From positions 58,590,001 through 58,654,000 of the forward strand of contig NC_042998.1 of assembly GCF_006345805.1 (NCBI RefSeq): a DNA stretch of 64,000 bases. Direction: 5' to 3'. The notes under the pieces were generated by a model. That model saw only the letters and a list, made by a program, of their open reading frames with translations, was not told the origin of the DNA and did no database searches. This document shows, in pieces, positions 38,061-50,691 of the stretch (its first letter is position 1; the number at the start of each line of letters is the position of its first letter). The stretch comes from Octopus sinensis (taxonomy: Eukaryota). The translations under genes were made by a program, and so were the position numbers.

Positions 38061-38911
38061 GTAAGTATTTAATTTTTCTTCCCTCCCCTCTTTTTTTTTT
38101 GTTTTTCTTTATTCAATATATTTTTTTGCAAACTGAGGTGGCATGCTGACTAACTGCTTGAAAGGTCAGTAGTTAATGTGTGTATTTCATGTGCCTTGCC
38201 TGTTTTACGGGTACTGGCAATGATGGACCCCCATGTCAAAGTTAAAGACCTAGTTTTCTTCCCAGTGCTTTCCTATTACCTTCTGCTAGTTTATCTACAG
38301 TTTACTCTGCTTAACTTCTGTTTTTCCAAGCTTATTCTTAAGGCACAGAGCCTTTTTAAATCTTAAGCAAGAAGACTAGTTCATGTCACATCAAGGCATG
38401 TCGATACACTGGAGGCCTGTGTGACTTATGCTAAGGAGCCAGCACTCCTCTGAGTCTTGTGCCTTATCCACAGGACTATCTTCTGTTATTTGTCCTATAA
38501 ATAGGGCCTTTGACAGGTATTTCTACCTTGAACAAGAGTGGACCTGGAAGTATTAATGATGAGGCTACAGCTCCATAGAACCCCTTAATTCTTGAACTGG
38601 AGCCTCACTACCAGATGCAGTTTAATGCCTCATCTTGGACTATATATCTGCGGTCAAGTGGCATTAAAGGTTGATAACTCTCACCAGCCTAAGTGGAATT
38701 ATATTACATTCTGTCTTGTAAACAATATATCTACCATTGAGAATCCTGCAGCTGATACAAAAAGGTGTTGAGGTAAAAGTATTAAATATCTTGTTTTGTA
38801 GCTCAATACCAATAACATCATAGTTTTCCATGCTGGTATAAATTGTGTTATAAAATAAATAACTTATATAAATTGATAAATACTAAATATAATTCTTTCT
38901 GTTGCTTTTAG

Positions 38912-38962
38912 GACCCAAGTAGTCGTGCTTGGATGACCACCATGTTAACAAATGAACAAAAG
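38912..38962 (+). CDS. PLCE1: PLC-epsilon 51-nt inter-RA linker exon (DPSSRAWMTTMLTNEQK)
   Basis: ttctttctgttgcttttAG acceptor, AAG|GTAAAT donor, open phase 0-0 frame compatible with neighbours; no family motif to confirm it. Confidence 0.75.
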
Positions 38963-39248
38963 GTAAATACATTTTCCTTTTAAATTCTAAATAATGAAAT
39001 TATATAGCAAGTTTCCAAAACCTGTAAATGACTCAGCTTTGGTTTCATAACATTAATCAGATGTTAAAATGAAAATCACCATGGGTAGTATGTAAATGTT
39101 TTAAAGTTGGCATTTCTCGAAGATGACCAAACTATTTTTGACAAGGTAAGTTTTGCCAAGAGATTCAATGCAACACAAGCTACAGATGTTGATGCTGATG
39201 TTGGATCTACTAGAAATAGTAACCTGATCTTCCTCAAATTAGACACTA

Positions 39249-39540
39249 GTGGAGGCACATGGCCTAGTGATTAGAGCAGCAGACTCGTGGTCGAGATATC
39301 ATGGGTTTGAATCTCAGACCAGGCGATGTGTGTGTTTATGAACGAAACACCTAAGCTTCATGCAGCTCCGGCAGAAGGTAATGGCAAAACTTCGCCACAA
39401 CTTTCCCTCACTCTTTCCTCCTGCATCTTGCAGCTCACCTGCGACGGACTGGCGTCCCATCCAGGTGGGGAACCTATATGCCAAGAAACCAGGAAACCGG
39501 CCCTTATGAGCCAGGCATGGCTGGAGAAGGAACAACAACC
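39249..39540 (+). mobile_element. tRNA-derived SINE, family D
   Basis: ggaggcacatggcctagtgattagagc...gggtttgaatctcagacc head; body homologous to 21425-21670. Confidence 0.8.
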
Positions 39541-40834
39541 AAATTAGACCTTATCATCTTTAAAAAAAAATGGAAGTGTATATAACATAATCCTGATTAC
39601 CCTATGCCTAGAAAGACACTTTAATCACAGCTGGAATGCCTTTGATCAGGGGTCAGCTAGGCTAGGCCTGACCTTGTTCTAAATAATAAGATAATAACAA
39701 ATGTAAAATTGAACACAAGATTTAAGAAGTTATAGTACTTTCCATTTTTATATCAAATGACTATTATTGAAATCTTCAATAGCAGAAGGATAGGCTCTAT
39801 CAGACTTATTACACATTGCAGAGTCTTAATGAAATATGTGATGACACTCATATTCATCTGTTATATCTTCACTTATTCGGAGACCACAATATCTTCAATA
39901 AAGTCAGTATTAGAATCATGTTAAAGTAGCATACAAGAAAAAAATTCTGTTGATTAGTTATTGATTTTTTTTTAAGCCTGTTGACACTCCTTCCCAAACA
40001 ACTGTAATCAAATTGAAATCAAAATCACTTGTCTAAAATTTAATTCCACTAAACTGCTTCACCTTCCCTATCCTTATCATCAACAAAAAAAATCTTTTAT
40101 CATGAAGAGGAAGAATAGATGAAGAAATTCTGTTATATTGAAAATTTAAGAAATTTTCTTTTTTCTTTTCTGTTTTGATATTTGCTTCCAGTTCTTAGAG
40201 TGAGTGGGGACAGCAGGAAACATTAAAATCAATAACTGTTTCATGGAAAAATGAAAAGGAAATCTCTGATGAGAAGCTTTTATAGCAAGGCATGCCCTGG
40301 TGATTGAAGCAGTTAAATTTACAAGATAGGAAAACCTATTTTTTAAAACCCATTAAATTTTAAGAAAATCTTTGTGAATTTGGGAAGATTACAGTACAAA
40401 ATACTGATGCATCGTGAAGTTGGTCATGAATGGCACACATTTTTTTTCTTATAGGGCTGCTTGATTAGAAATTGAACCTAGACTTGACAATATTACTTAA
40501 CAAAATTCAACATTGATTGCAAAAATCACAGCAAAAGAAATGGAAACTTCTGAGAAACTATGTAATAGAAATTTCTGAAAATATCAAATCTCATGAAATT
40601 CCTAATTTCTGATGAGATTTAATTTATTCTGTATTTAATTTTCTGATTGCTTCTGTTCTTGTCTATCAGCTGATTTAAAGGTTTTTGAGGGAGAGGATTT
40701 TTTTTTTTTTAGCATTCTTAGCAAGAAGTGGAGCATTGATACATGAATCATTACATTTTGAGGCATCAATTTTCGTTTTTCAATCACCTATCTGTAAAGA
40801 AAAGTACCAAATTTTTTTAAAAATTAGAATCCCA

Positions 40835-41227
40835 TAGGCACAGGAGTGGCTGTGTGGTAAGTAGCTTGCTTACCAACCACATGGTTCCGGGTTCAGTCTC
40901 ACTGTGTGGCACCTTAGCCAAGTCTTCAACTATAGCCTCGGGCCGACCAAAGCCTTGTGAGTGGATTTGGTAGATGGAAACAGAAAGAAGCCCATCATAT
41001 ATATATTTATATATATGTGTGTGTGTGTGTTTGTCTCCACCCCAACATTGCTTGACAACCGATGCTGGTGTGTTTACGCTCCCGTAACTTAGCAGTTCGG
41101 CAAAGACCGATAGAATAAGTACTAGGCTTACAAAGAATAAGTCCTGGAGTCGATTTCCTCCACTAAAGGCAGTGCTCCAGCATGGCCACAGTCAAATGAC
41201 TGAAACAAGTAAAAGAGTAAAAGAGTA
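40835..41227 (+). mobile_element. tRNA-derived SINE, family A (full copy)
   Basis: Head ggcacaggagtggctgtgtggtaag...ggttccgggttcagtc with A/B-box-like motifs, central (TA)/(TG) tract, aagtaaaagag tail. Other copies: 360-692(-, two head halves), 4084-4322(+), 4630-5035(-), 8680-9270(-, split by RTE), 33990-34376(+), 36622-37020(-), 48640-48815(+), 53280-53440(+). Confidence 0.8.
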
Positions 41228-41991
41228 TCCACATCTTCATTAAAAAGTTACAATGACTATGAAGGAAAAATCAATTCAAATAAGTGACACTTTAAAGAGA
41301 TAATAAATATTATTATAGTTAGAGGCAAAAGATATTTTTTCTTTTAATCAGGAGGGAAGGGAGTGTGATGACCTTCTATGACTTCCATGATTGGTGGGAG
41401 GAAGAGAGGAAGTATTCCTAAACAAGACTTGACCCAAAATGTATACAACAGAATTAATTCAGATAAATGTTCACAAGAAGCCAGATGGCAGAGTTGAACC
41501 AGATGATAAAGTCTACCATCTGAGTAGGCCATGGTGGGATTTCAAGTCAGACTACCAAGAGCCAGAACAAATACAAGGCACCTGATCCAATGTTATTAGA
41601 ATTTCACCAATTCACCACACTGGATTGGTACTTCTTTTTGTATATCAACCCTGAAAGAAAGGCAAAGGTATTCTTAGTGGGATTTGAACTCAGAGCAGAA
41701 TGAATCAGAACAAAATACAACAAGGTAAATCATTTGATGTGCCAAAGATTCTATCAATTCACCATTTGTTGCAGGTATCCAGTCTGGATGTCATAACAGA
41801 AATGACAAAGGTACACAACAAATGGCAAAATACTGTGTTGGAAAGAACCAGTCCAACTCTACAAGCATGGAAAAGCAGATGTAAAAATGACAATTATGAT
41901 GATGACATATACAGTCACCACAGATATAGCATAGAGTGAATTCTACATTATTTACATTTGACAGATATTTGTCCTCATCTTGTTTGTTGCT

Positions 41992-42037
41992 AACACAACG
42001 TTTTGGCTGATATACCCTCCAGCCTTCATCAGGTGTC
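41992..42037 (-). ncRNA. Minimal type I hammerhead motif (family F), G12 lost
   Basis: Reverse complement GACAC CUGAUGA A GGCUG-GAGGGUAUAU-CAGCC AAAA CG UU GUGUU; GAAA mutated to AAAA. Confidence 0.6.
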
Positions 42038-42086
42038 TTGGGGAAATTTCGAACCTGGGTTCTCATTCCTAAGGTATTTTTCGATA

Positions 42087-42125
<39 letters not shown>

Positions 42126-42286
42126 TATTATTATTATCATTCAGGTCACTGCTTAGAACTCAGAATCCTGGGGTTAGTAGCCCACACTCTTAACCACTAT
42201 GCTATATGCCCGGACATATGGCATAGCGGTTAAGAGTGTGGCTACTAACCCCAAGATTCTGAGTTTGATTCCAAGCAGTGACCTGA

Positions 42287-42338
<52 letters not shown>

Positions 42339-42341
42339 TAT

Positions 42342-42548
42342 TCAGACAAATACATAACAAAAACACCAGGACTTACAAACACATATAACATACAGAAAAT
42401 TGCACTACTAGGCACTGCACACATCCGACGCAGAACACTTTCCATACAATAACCATCAGAGCATCACAACAAATCACAGCACATACCAAGGCACACAGAG
42501 CTGCGCTCGGTAGTGAAGTGAAAGCACGCTATAAAAATAAAACTACTG
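42342..42548 (+). mobile_element. 5'-truncated R4/Dong-like (RLE-type) non-LTR retrotransposon 3' end in an (AAT)n tract
   Basis: Reads SDKYITKTPGLTNTYNIQKIALLGTAHIRRRTLSIQ* (stop 42450-42452), resembling the QK.xLLGTA.I.R C-terminus of restriction-like-endonuclease LINEs; (AAT)n on both sides. Confidence 0.72.
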
Positions 42549-42784
42549 AATAATAATAATAATAATAATAATATAATAATAATAATAATAATAATAATAT
42601 ATAATAAAAATTTAAAAAAATAAAACTTTTTTTTTAGACATTCATTAGTACAACACCCCCACCCCCCAAATATATGGCACACTAGGCATAACAATAACAT
42701 GAACTTCCAACCCTGTTGTCTCTTGATGTCTCTGGGTGAGACTTGGAGCCAACATGTACAAATATAAAGCAAAAGTCAAACATA

Positions 42785-42847
<63 letters not shown>

Positions 42848-42899
42848 TGACATCGAAAAATACCTTAGGAATGAGAACCCGGGTTTGAAATTTCCCCAA

Positions 42900-42953
42900 G
42901 ACACCTGATGAAGGCTGGAATGTTGTGTTAACATTCAGCTGAAATGTTGTGTT
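42900..42953 (+). ncRNA. Minimal type I hammerhead ribozyme motif (family F, plus copy)
   Basis: GACAC-CUGAUGA-A-stem II (GGCUG...CAGCU)-GAAA-UG-UU-GUGUU; stem I GACAC/GUGUU; core intact, stem III ACGU changed to AUGU. Confidence 0.7.
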
Positions 42954-43144
42954 AACAAGAAACAAGATGAGGACAAATATCTGTCAAATGTAAATAATAT
43001 AAATAATGTACATAATTCCTCATCTCCTGAATATACAACTTTAGAGTGAATTCTAATCAGTACTTAATTAATTAATTTAAATAAATCACTAAAATAACAC
43101 TCTGCAAACCAAGCTAATCAATTAAGCAAGATCACAATACTTAA

Positions 43145-43357
43145 GCCTTTAGCATTTAAACTGGTCATATCTGGCCCAAATAATTTATCTATTTTATTTT
43201 CAAATTGGCCATACCCAGCTTCTCAAACCTACCCTACAATGTCATTGTAAAATTACACACTCACCTCATTGAAATCTCAAAGCTACATGATAAATAATTC
43301 AAAACAATGTGAATGAATAAGCATTACAATTGACAGAGTAATCTGAAAGCTAAAAGA
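43145..43357 (+). mobile_element. piggyBac-type MITE (family 1)
   Basis: TTAA flanks; homologous to 14421-14625. Confidence 0.7.
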
Positions 43358-43767
43358 TTAATGGCTATGTGGGTTTTAGCTATATTTCTCTCAGCAGGAA
43401 GATCAAATGGTATTTTATCTCTGAAGAGCATCAAAGTTTGATGCTGGTCAGTTAGATTCATTTCCTCTGTCTATGGAGAGAAACAAAGAAAGTGTTTGGT
43501 CTCATTAGTCACAAAACAGCAACAGCACCAATGTGTGTGCAAATAAAATAAATAATATAAAACAATAATAAAAAAACTAAAGAAATAATATAAACAATAA
43601 TATAAAAAGAACTAAGCCACAAAATTACCTTGTATCACTACAGATATAGATTGAAATATAATTCTCTTTTCCTTTTGTATGCTTTACAGAATAAAATTAA
43701 AATGAACTTTATTTATAACTTAACTAATTCCATTAATTTTTTTTTGCATTTGCTTTGTTCTTTTTAG

Positions 43768-43917
43768 AAAAAAATGGACTCAACTGATGATGACTCAGCA
43801 GTTTGGGATTCAGAAGAGAATATGTTTTTAGTATGTGTATATAATGTCTCACCAGATCAGCCCTATACAGTATTTAAAGCACCAGTATCAAGTACAGCTC
43901 AAGATATAATCACTCAG
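43768..43917 (+). CDS. PLCE1: PLC-epsilon exon, RA2 N-terminal half (KKMDSTDDDSAVWDSEENMFLVCVYNVSPDQPYTVFKAPVSSTAQDIITQ)
   Basis: ttgttctttttAG acceptor, CAG|GTAGAT donor; close match to the PLC-epsilon RA2 pattern F.V.V..VSP.QP.TV.KAP..STAQD.I.Q. Confidence 0.96.
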
Positions 43918-45382
43918 GTAGATGGTCACTCACAATTCTATATTTTTATTATATTACTGCATTTTTAATTTTCATAGTCTGAGTATACTGTTCTCTAAAC
44001 ATTCCAGTGTGTAAGTTTCATACTTGGTCAGGATTATACCATTCCGTTTCTCTGCACCAGCTGCTAGGTATCATTTATTTATTTTACATTGTACACAGAC
44101 AAAGCTTTGTGATTAATAAGTTTGCTTCTCAGTTATACCATTTTGGGTTTGGTCCCCCTGTGCAGCTATTTAGGTAGATGTTGTTTAGGTAGGTGCAGCT
44201 CAAAGTCTTGTGAGTGGACTTGGTAGATGGAAACTGAAAGAAGCTCACCATGGAACATGGATCTTAAAGAATGACACTGATAATGATGTGTATGTATGAA
44301 TGTCTTTCTTTCATTGACTTGACATCATGTGATCGTTCTAAATAAGCATCACCATCATGCAAACAGCATAATTTATTTCCAGTCTTCCATATTTCATAAA
44401 TGAAATATTACTTTGCCTAGAAACAAGTATGGGTTGGTGGGTGGAAGGGCATCCAACTGTAGAAAATCTGATTCAACTAATTCTGTCTGACCCATGCAAT
44501 CAGAGAAAAATAAATGCTAAAATGATGACGATGTTTCCATGCTAGCATGGATTGCACATATAGACAATACAAAGGCAATGTTTTACAGCCAAATATGTCT
44601 TTTCTCTCACTAACCCTTCCCTGTTTTGTCTTCAAAAGCACAGAGCTGGGAGATAATTTGTGACATCATATCACCATTTATTTAGCTCAAAGCATTCATC
44701 CGAAAGGATAAACTATAATAATTGATGTACACATTTATACAATGGGCTGTCATACAGTTTCACCATCCAACATATTAATCACACACACATACATATATGT
44801 AGCTGTATAAAATAGAAAGAGGAAACTTAGAATAGTGATGGAGCAAGGTCTCAGATTCAAATAAATAAATATCTATACATACATATGTACAATAGTATGT
44901 ACGACTAACAGTATTCATCAGAGTTTATTTATTCAAAGTTATTTATTTCATCCATCTAAACAATGATTTATCTTGATGGTAGAATTAACTCATGAAGCGA
45001 AGAACTCAAGTGAATCTATGTCTTGGAAGACTTAGACTCAAACCTAAACACACACACACAAATTGAAACTTATCTTGAACTATATTAGTATCACTAGTTT
45101 AGAAGTTCCTGCATAAGTCAACTGTACTATCACTACTTCAATCAGTTTATATATTCGAAGGGCATCCAGCTGTAGAAACTCTGCCAGATCAAGATTGGAG
45201 CCTGGTGCAGCCATCTGGTTCGCCAGCCCTCAGTCAAATCGTCCAACCCATGCCAGCATGGAAAGTGGACGTTAAACGATGATGATAATGATGATGAAAT
45301 CTTTACATACACGAATTGCATGAATCTACTTCTAAACATTGTTTAAACATACAAATTTATTTTATTTCTTTATCCATTCTAG

Positions 45383-45628
45383 GCTATGATGAAATCTCGG
45401 CGCATCAACATGTGTGATCCACGGGATTTTGTTCTTGTACAAGAATTGGAAGTATTGTTCACATCAGACACAGCTAGCAGTCAGAGAAACAGTCGGACAG
45501 TACAGAAAAGTGAACGGCACGTATTAAGCAATGAAGATAATGTATATCAAGCTCAAAATGAATGGAAAACATTTGGGAAATTCATTCTCCTGCACAGAAA
45601 CAAAGTGGATGATGAATTTGAGTTATGT
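45383..45628 (+). CDS. PLCE1: PLC-epsilon exon, RA2 C-terminal half (AMMKSRRINMCDPRDFVLVQEL...VYQAQNEWKTFGKFILLHRNKVDDEFELC)
   Basis: ccattctAG acceptor, GTAAGT donor at 45629, 246 nt phase 0-0; D.VL..E and V.QAQ..WK..GKFIL motifs. Confidence 0.95.
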
Positions 45629-47733
45629 GTAAGTGTTTCCAGATAAAGAACTTTTGAATTTTACTGTCAAAACTTTCTTCACAAATCAGATATCTAGGAT
45701 CTTTTCTTCTATTTCTCTTTGTTGATCTAGTTCTGATGATCCCTGCTTGAGTAGAATTTAGTGTTTTACTCAAATGTGTCACATTTTTCTTACAGTCTAG
45801 TGTATTTTTATTTTCTTTCTTTGTACATTCTAGTGAATTTTCATTTTTTTTTAATGTATTAAAATGCATACTCTTCTATTTCTACTTATTCAAATGTGTC
45901 TTGTTTCCATTCTTTTGTGGGGGCTGTATTCTGCTGCATTTTTTCTCTCTGCATTATAATGCATTTCTTTGCCCTTGTGATCAGTTTAGTGTTTCTTTTT
46001 CATTATATATTATAGTGCACTTTCTTCTACCTCTGTGCATCTCATTCTTTGGCTCAAATCAGTACATTTCTTTCTTGCATTTCATTGTTCTTGTTTAGAC
46101 CAGCCCTCATAGAGTGGACTTATCATTAAAGGTGCTCTGTCCAATATTTGAATGTTTATTTTTTAAAACAAAATAGAGACTGTCTTGAAGATTTGGCTGC
46201 TATTTCTTGCATGTTGAACAACCATGTAAGAGGCCTCTTCATTGGCTTGTCATTTTGTTTGTTTGCTTGCTAGCAAATACCAGAATGAACTGGGCAAACT
46301 GGAGTCACAAGAGTGCTAGATAGAATGCCTTATGGTATCTATTCCAACTCTCTAGGATCAAATCCCACTCACATCAACCTTGCCTTTCATCCTTTATGGG
46401 CTTGATAAAAAAATAAAATAAGGTATCACCCTAGGGCAGTAGACCGGTGGAACTGTAAGAAAATTGAACCAGATGCCTTGAGATATTTGTTCTGGTTCAT
46501 GGCGAGCTGGCAGACACGTTACCGCGCTGGGCGAAATGCTTAGCGGTATTTTGACTGTCGTTACGTTCTGAGTTCAAATTTCGCTGAGGGCAACTTTGCC
46601 TTTCATCCTTTCAGGGTCGATAAATAAAGTACCAGTTTCGCACTGGGGTCGATGTAATCGACTTAACCCCTTTGTCTGTCCTTGTTTGTTCCCTCTAAGT
46701 TTAGCCCCTTGTGGGCAATAAAAAATATATATTTGTTTTGGTTCTTTGCATTTTAAGTTCATATCTGACCATGGTTTACCTAGGTGCTAGATTTAACCCT
46801 ACCAGCTGACACAATGTGAGCCCTTAGCACAGTCTACTTTGTTGCAGGAATTGGGCAAGGTGTTTTGGTTGAGGACACCTTTGCCATTCCTTCCTGTGTA
46901 AAGGACCATGGGCACTGCCTTTGCTTTTGACTAAAGGATAAAGACCTCCTTTGGTCATGAATGACCATGGGATTGCACTTAGAAAATTACCCTCTGATGC
47001 ACAAGTCTGGAAAAGGTTGTTTATGGAAGACCAGCAATCGCCCATGCATACCCGCCTCACCTCGCCACACCACTCATGTTATTCAAGGGAAAAGTAAAGA
47101 CTGATACATTTTGGTACCAGTGATAGTGCAACTCATTTCTTCAGATGAATGACTTGGAGCAATGGGAAATAAGTGTCTTGCTCAAGAACACAACATGCAG
47201 CCCGGTCCAGGAAAAACTCACTACCTTATGATTGTGAGCCCGACATGCTAATCACTGAGCTGTGCACCTTCATTTCACTAGAAGTTAGAACAAAAAAATG
47301 ATCACAGCTAAAATGCTTTTGATCTAGGTCAGTTGGATTTGGGATGACCTGTGGTTAAACAACAGACAATTTTATATAGGCATGCAACTAGGGCTAGCTT
47401 TATCAACCCTAATATTTTCATGAAGCAAGCTCAATTTATAAGTAGCTTACTGCTTTTCTTGATTTTATCCAAGAGATTATATACTAACATTTTATCATTC
47501 CCTGTAACTAATTCTGTTGGTCTGGGGTAACGGCATAATCTTCCATTCATTTTCTTCTCTGACAACAAGATTGTCAGCAAATTACATTTTCCACCACATC
47601 ATTGTTTCTATGTAGCTTTCAATGCTCTCAAATTAAATATGTTAACGACCACCTAACTATTGTTCTAAATTCAGAAAGCATTACTGAATACTTTATGCTC
47701 TTAACAATTTTAGTTTTTCTAAGTCAAAGAGTA

Positions 47734-48245
47734 CCGTAAATTCTCGAGTATAATCCGCATTTTTCCTCCAAAATTTAAAGGTCAAAATCCCTAGTGCGTA
47801 CTATATACGAGGTTAAAAATGAAAATCATTTTCTAAGCAATGTCTGAGTCTCTATTTGCTGTCCGGCAATGTTTATTCAGACGCATTTTGTGATGCTGGG
47901 CACAAAAATACCTTAAGCTAAGCCTGAAAGTAATGAAGTCATAAAAGAATCATCCATAACTTGCAGTAAGCAACATTTATTAAACATTATTACTGTTATT
48001 TCTTTATTTTCTGCAAACAAAATGCAGAAAAAAGCTACACCTTTGCATTATGTTATGGATACAATAATAATAAAGGATGCTACCGTATACAGTTTTACAA
48101 ACCAAGGACGTTATATAGACTTCCTTGACTCAAGTTAGAGAAGGGGTGCGTATTATACACAAGGTTTAGGTTTTTCAGAAGTACAGCCTCCTAAAACTAC
48201 CCTGCGTATTATATTCAAGGGCGGACTATACTTGAGGATTTACAG
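47734..48245. mobile_element. pogo/Tigger-like MITE, copy 2
   Basis: TIRs ccgtaaattctcgagtata / tatacttgaggatttacag with TA flanks; both arms are shared with 6224-6732. Confidence 0.75.
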
Positions 48246-49117
48246 TATATGTCCTTGCAAATTTACTTAGTTATTCTCCAGTAACTATTTCATGAAGTAC
48301 TGTGAAATCTTTGTTTTATTGCAAAGTTGTCTCCCATATATGATGAAGATGTTAATACTAGTAAAAATCACATAAGTTAGCAGAAATTTCTGCTATGTGT
48401 TTTTTTTATTCATGCAGACACATAAGTGAGCACACATATACATGTATATACATATACATACATAAATATATGTACATACATAGTCATATATACTTATTTT
48501 AAATACACATATTCACACACATGCAAAAAAAAAAATATATATATATATCACCGTGATCAACCAGGCTATCAGATGCTGCTACACATCACTGGTCACAAAG
48601 CGCTTAGCATTGTTTTAGCTTTCAAATGACACCACCCGGATGTTGGTGTGTTTACATCCCCATAACTTAGCGGTTTGCCAAAATAGAGACTGATAAAATA
48701 AGCACTAGGCTTACAAAGAATAAGTCCTGGGATTGATTTGATAGACTAAAGGCAGTGCTCCAGCATGGCCACAGTCACATGACTGAAACAAGTAAAAGAG
48801 AGAAAAGAGAGAGAGACATTTTTTTCATAATCATCTTGCTCCATTATATTTAGATGAGTTAGTGTTTAATACTGTTTATTATCATAAAATTTTTATAACT
48901 TCATGCTACCAACTATATACTCTTCATATGATTTTTTTTGTGTTTATAATTTATGAATGTGTGTATTGATCACTAAATATCATTCTTTCCAATCTTTTCC
49001 CTTTTTGCCTCATCATCTTCAACCATAAACTTCAAAATTCTAACAAATATAAATCCAAGCTGTACGATACTCTATCAATGCATGCCACATTATGAGTATT
49101 CTCCTACATCACAATGT

Positions 49118-49154
<37 letters not shown>

Positions 49155-49793
49155 ATAGGAATAGGAAGTTGGAAAAGTTGTTTTCGTATTATTCCCCAAT
49201 ACACATGTTTCGTTTGCTAAGAGGAATTACAAAATGGTACATGCTGGAGAAACATGTAAGAAATTTCTTTTTAAAACTTCTTCAGAGAGAGACTCAAGGT
49301 GATACAGAATTTACATTTGGATGAAACGTTTATAGATAGTTCATAATCAGGAGTTGTATAGATAGTTGTGAGATAGAATAAAGAGGAAATCTAGTAGTAC
49401 AGAAAGGAAAGAGAGTCACACACACACACACACTGACACTCACACACATATCTAGAGTGAAATACAGTTATATTCACATATACATACACACACACACTCT
49501 GACATCCACATATGCACACACACACTCTGGCATCCACATATACATACACACATAACCAAATATATATAAGAAAACATACGTACACACACACACACACACA
49601 GACATATATACAAAGAGTGAGCATATATACAAAATCACCTGCATATTCAAATTCAAATAGATAAGAACAAATTTATGGATATACATACTTACATATATAC
49701 ATGCATACAAACAAATATACATACTTACATACATACATACATGCATACATACATATATATGTACATACATACATACATACATACATACATACA

Positions 49794-49829
<36 letters not shown>

Positions 49830-50272
49830 CAAACATACATACATACATACATACATACATACATACATAGAATCACTTGGATTTTTGACAAAATTGAATA
49901 AAAACTAAACGTTTTGTTCTCAATCAAATTCATATTTTATCTTCTTTTTTGTTTATCCTTGAATTTCAATACGAATTTCAATTTGTATATATTTTCAATA
50001 TAATTTTAGTGCACACAACTTTAATTTCTGCTTATGCAAATAGCAAACTGGAATTTAGGACAACAAAAAAGTAAATAGAAACCTGCAACAAACATGAAAC
50101 AATTTTTTTCTCTTTGTTAAAGCCATTTAACATTCTGTGACTGATCTGCGTTTATCAGATGAAATTTAACAACAACTGTATTAATTTCTGTTAAGGGATA
50201 ACAGAAGTTAGATATACCCTGTTGTCCTTTGAGAAGATAATTCAAGTTAAATACTTCAATAAACAGATTTAA

Positions 50273-50493
50273 CCCTTTAGTGTTCGCATTATTCTACCAA
50301 AATTAATGCTTCTTCATCCACATTCTTTTGAATAGATCATGCATTATCTTGCAACTATGAGATTTTGATGAGGTAGCTGTTAATTTTTTAAAAGATATTG
50401 TAGGGTTGGTGTGAGAGACCAGATATGGCTAGTTTGAACATAAAACAGGCAGAATACTTTTGGTCGGATATGACCGGTTTAAATGCTAAAGAG
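50273..50493 (-). mobile_element. piggyBac-type MITE (family 1)
   Basis: TTAA at 50269-50272 and 50494-50497; ccctttag / ctaaagag termini. Confidence 0.75.
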
Positions 50494-50625
50494 TTAAGCC
50501 TTTTGGACTATCAAGGAGAAAAAAGAAATATAAGAATAAAAAGAAATATAGCCCAAGTTGCACTGCTTTGTATCAGATTGTAATTAATTCATTTACAAGT
50601 CTTATAATTGACCTTGTATGCATGT

Positions 50626-50691
<66 letters not shown>

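Larger units (their letters stand above)
41946..43041. mobile_element. Head-to-head inverted dimer of a tRNA-headed, hammerhead-bearing non-autonomous element
   Basis: Minus copy ~41946-42210 and plus copy ~42211-43041; 14-bp TSD TAGAGTGAATTCTA at 41932-41945 and 43042-43055. Confidence 0.8.

Noticed and set aside
42140-42286. tRNA gene candidates (also 21600-21668 and 39249-39320)
   Set aside because: A/B boxes are present but there is no complete acceptor stem, and each continues into a repeat body; these are SINE-type heads.
43422-43450. CTGAAGA followed by the hairpin gcatcaaa-g-tttgatgc
   Set aside because: No GAAA follows the stem and no stems I or III can be formed; not a hammerhead.
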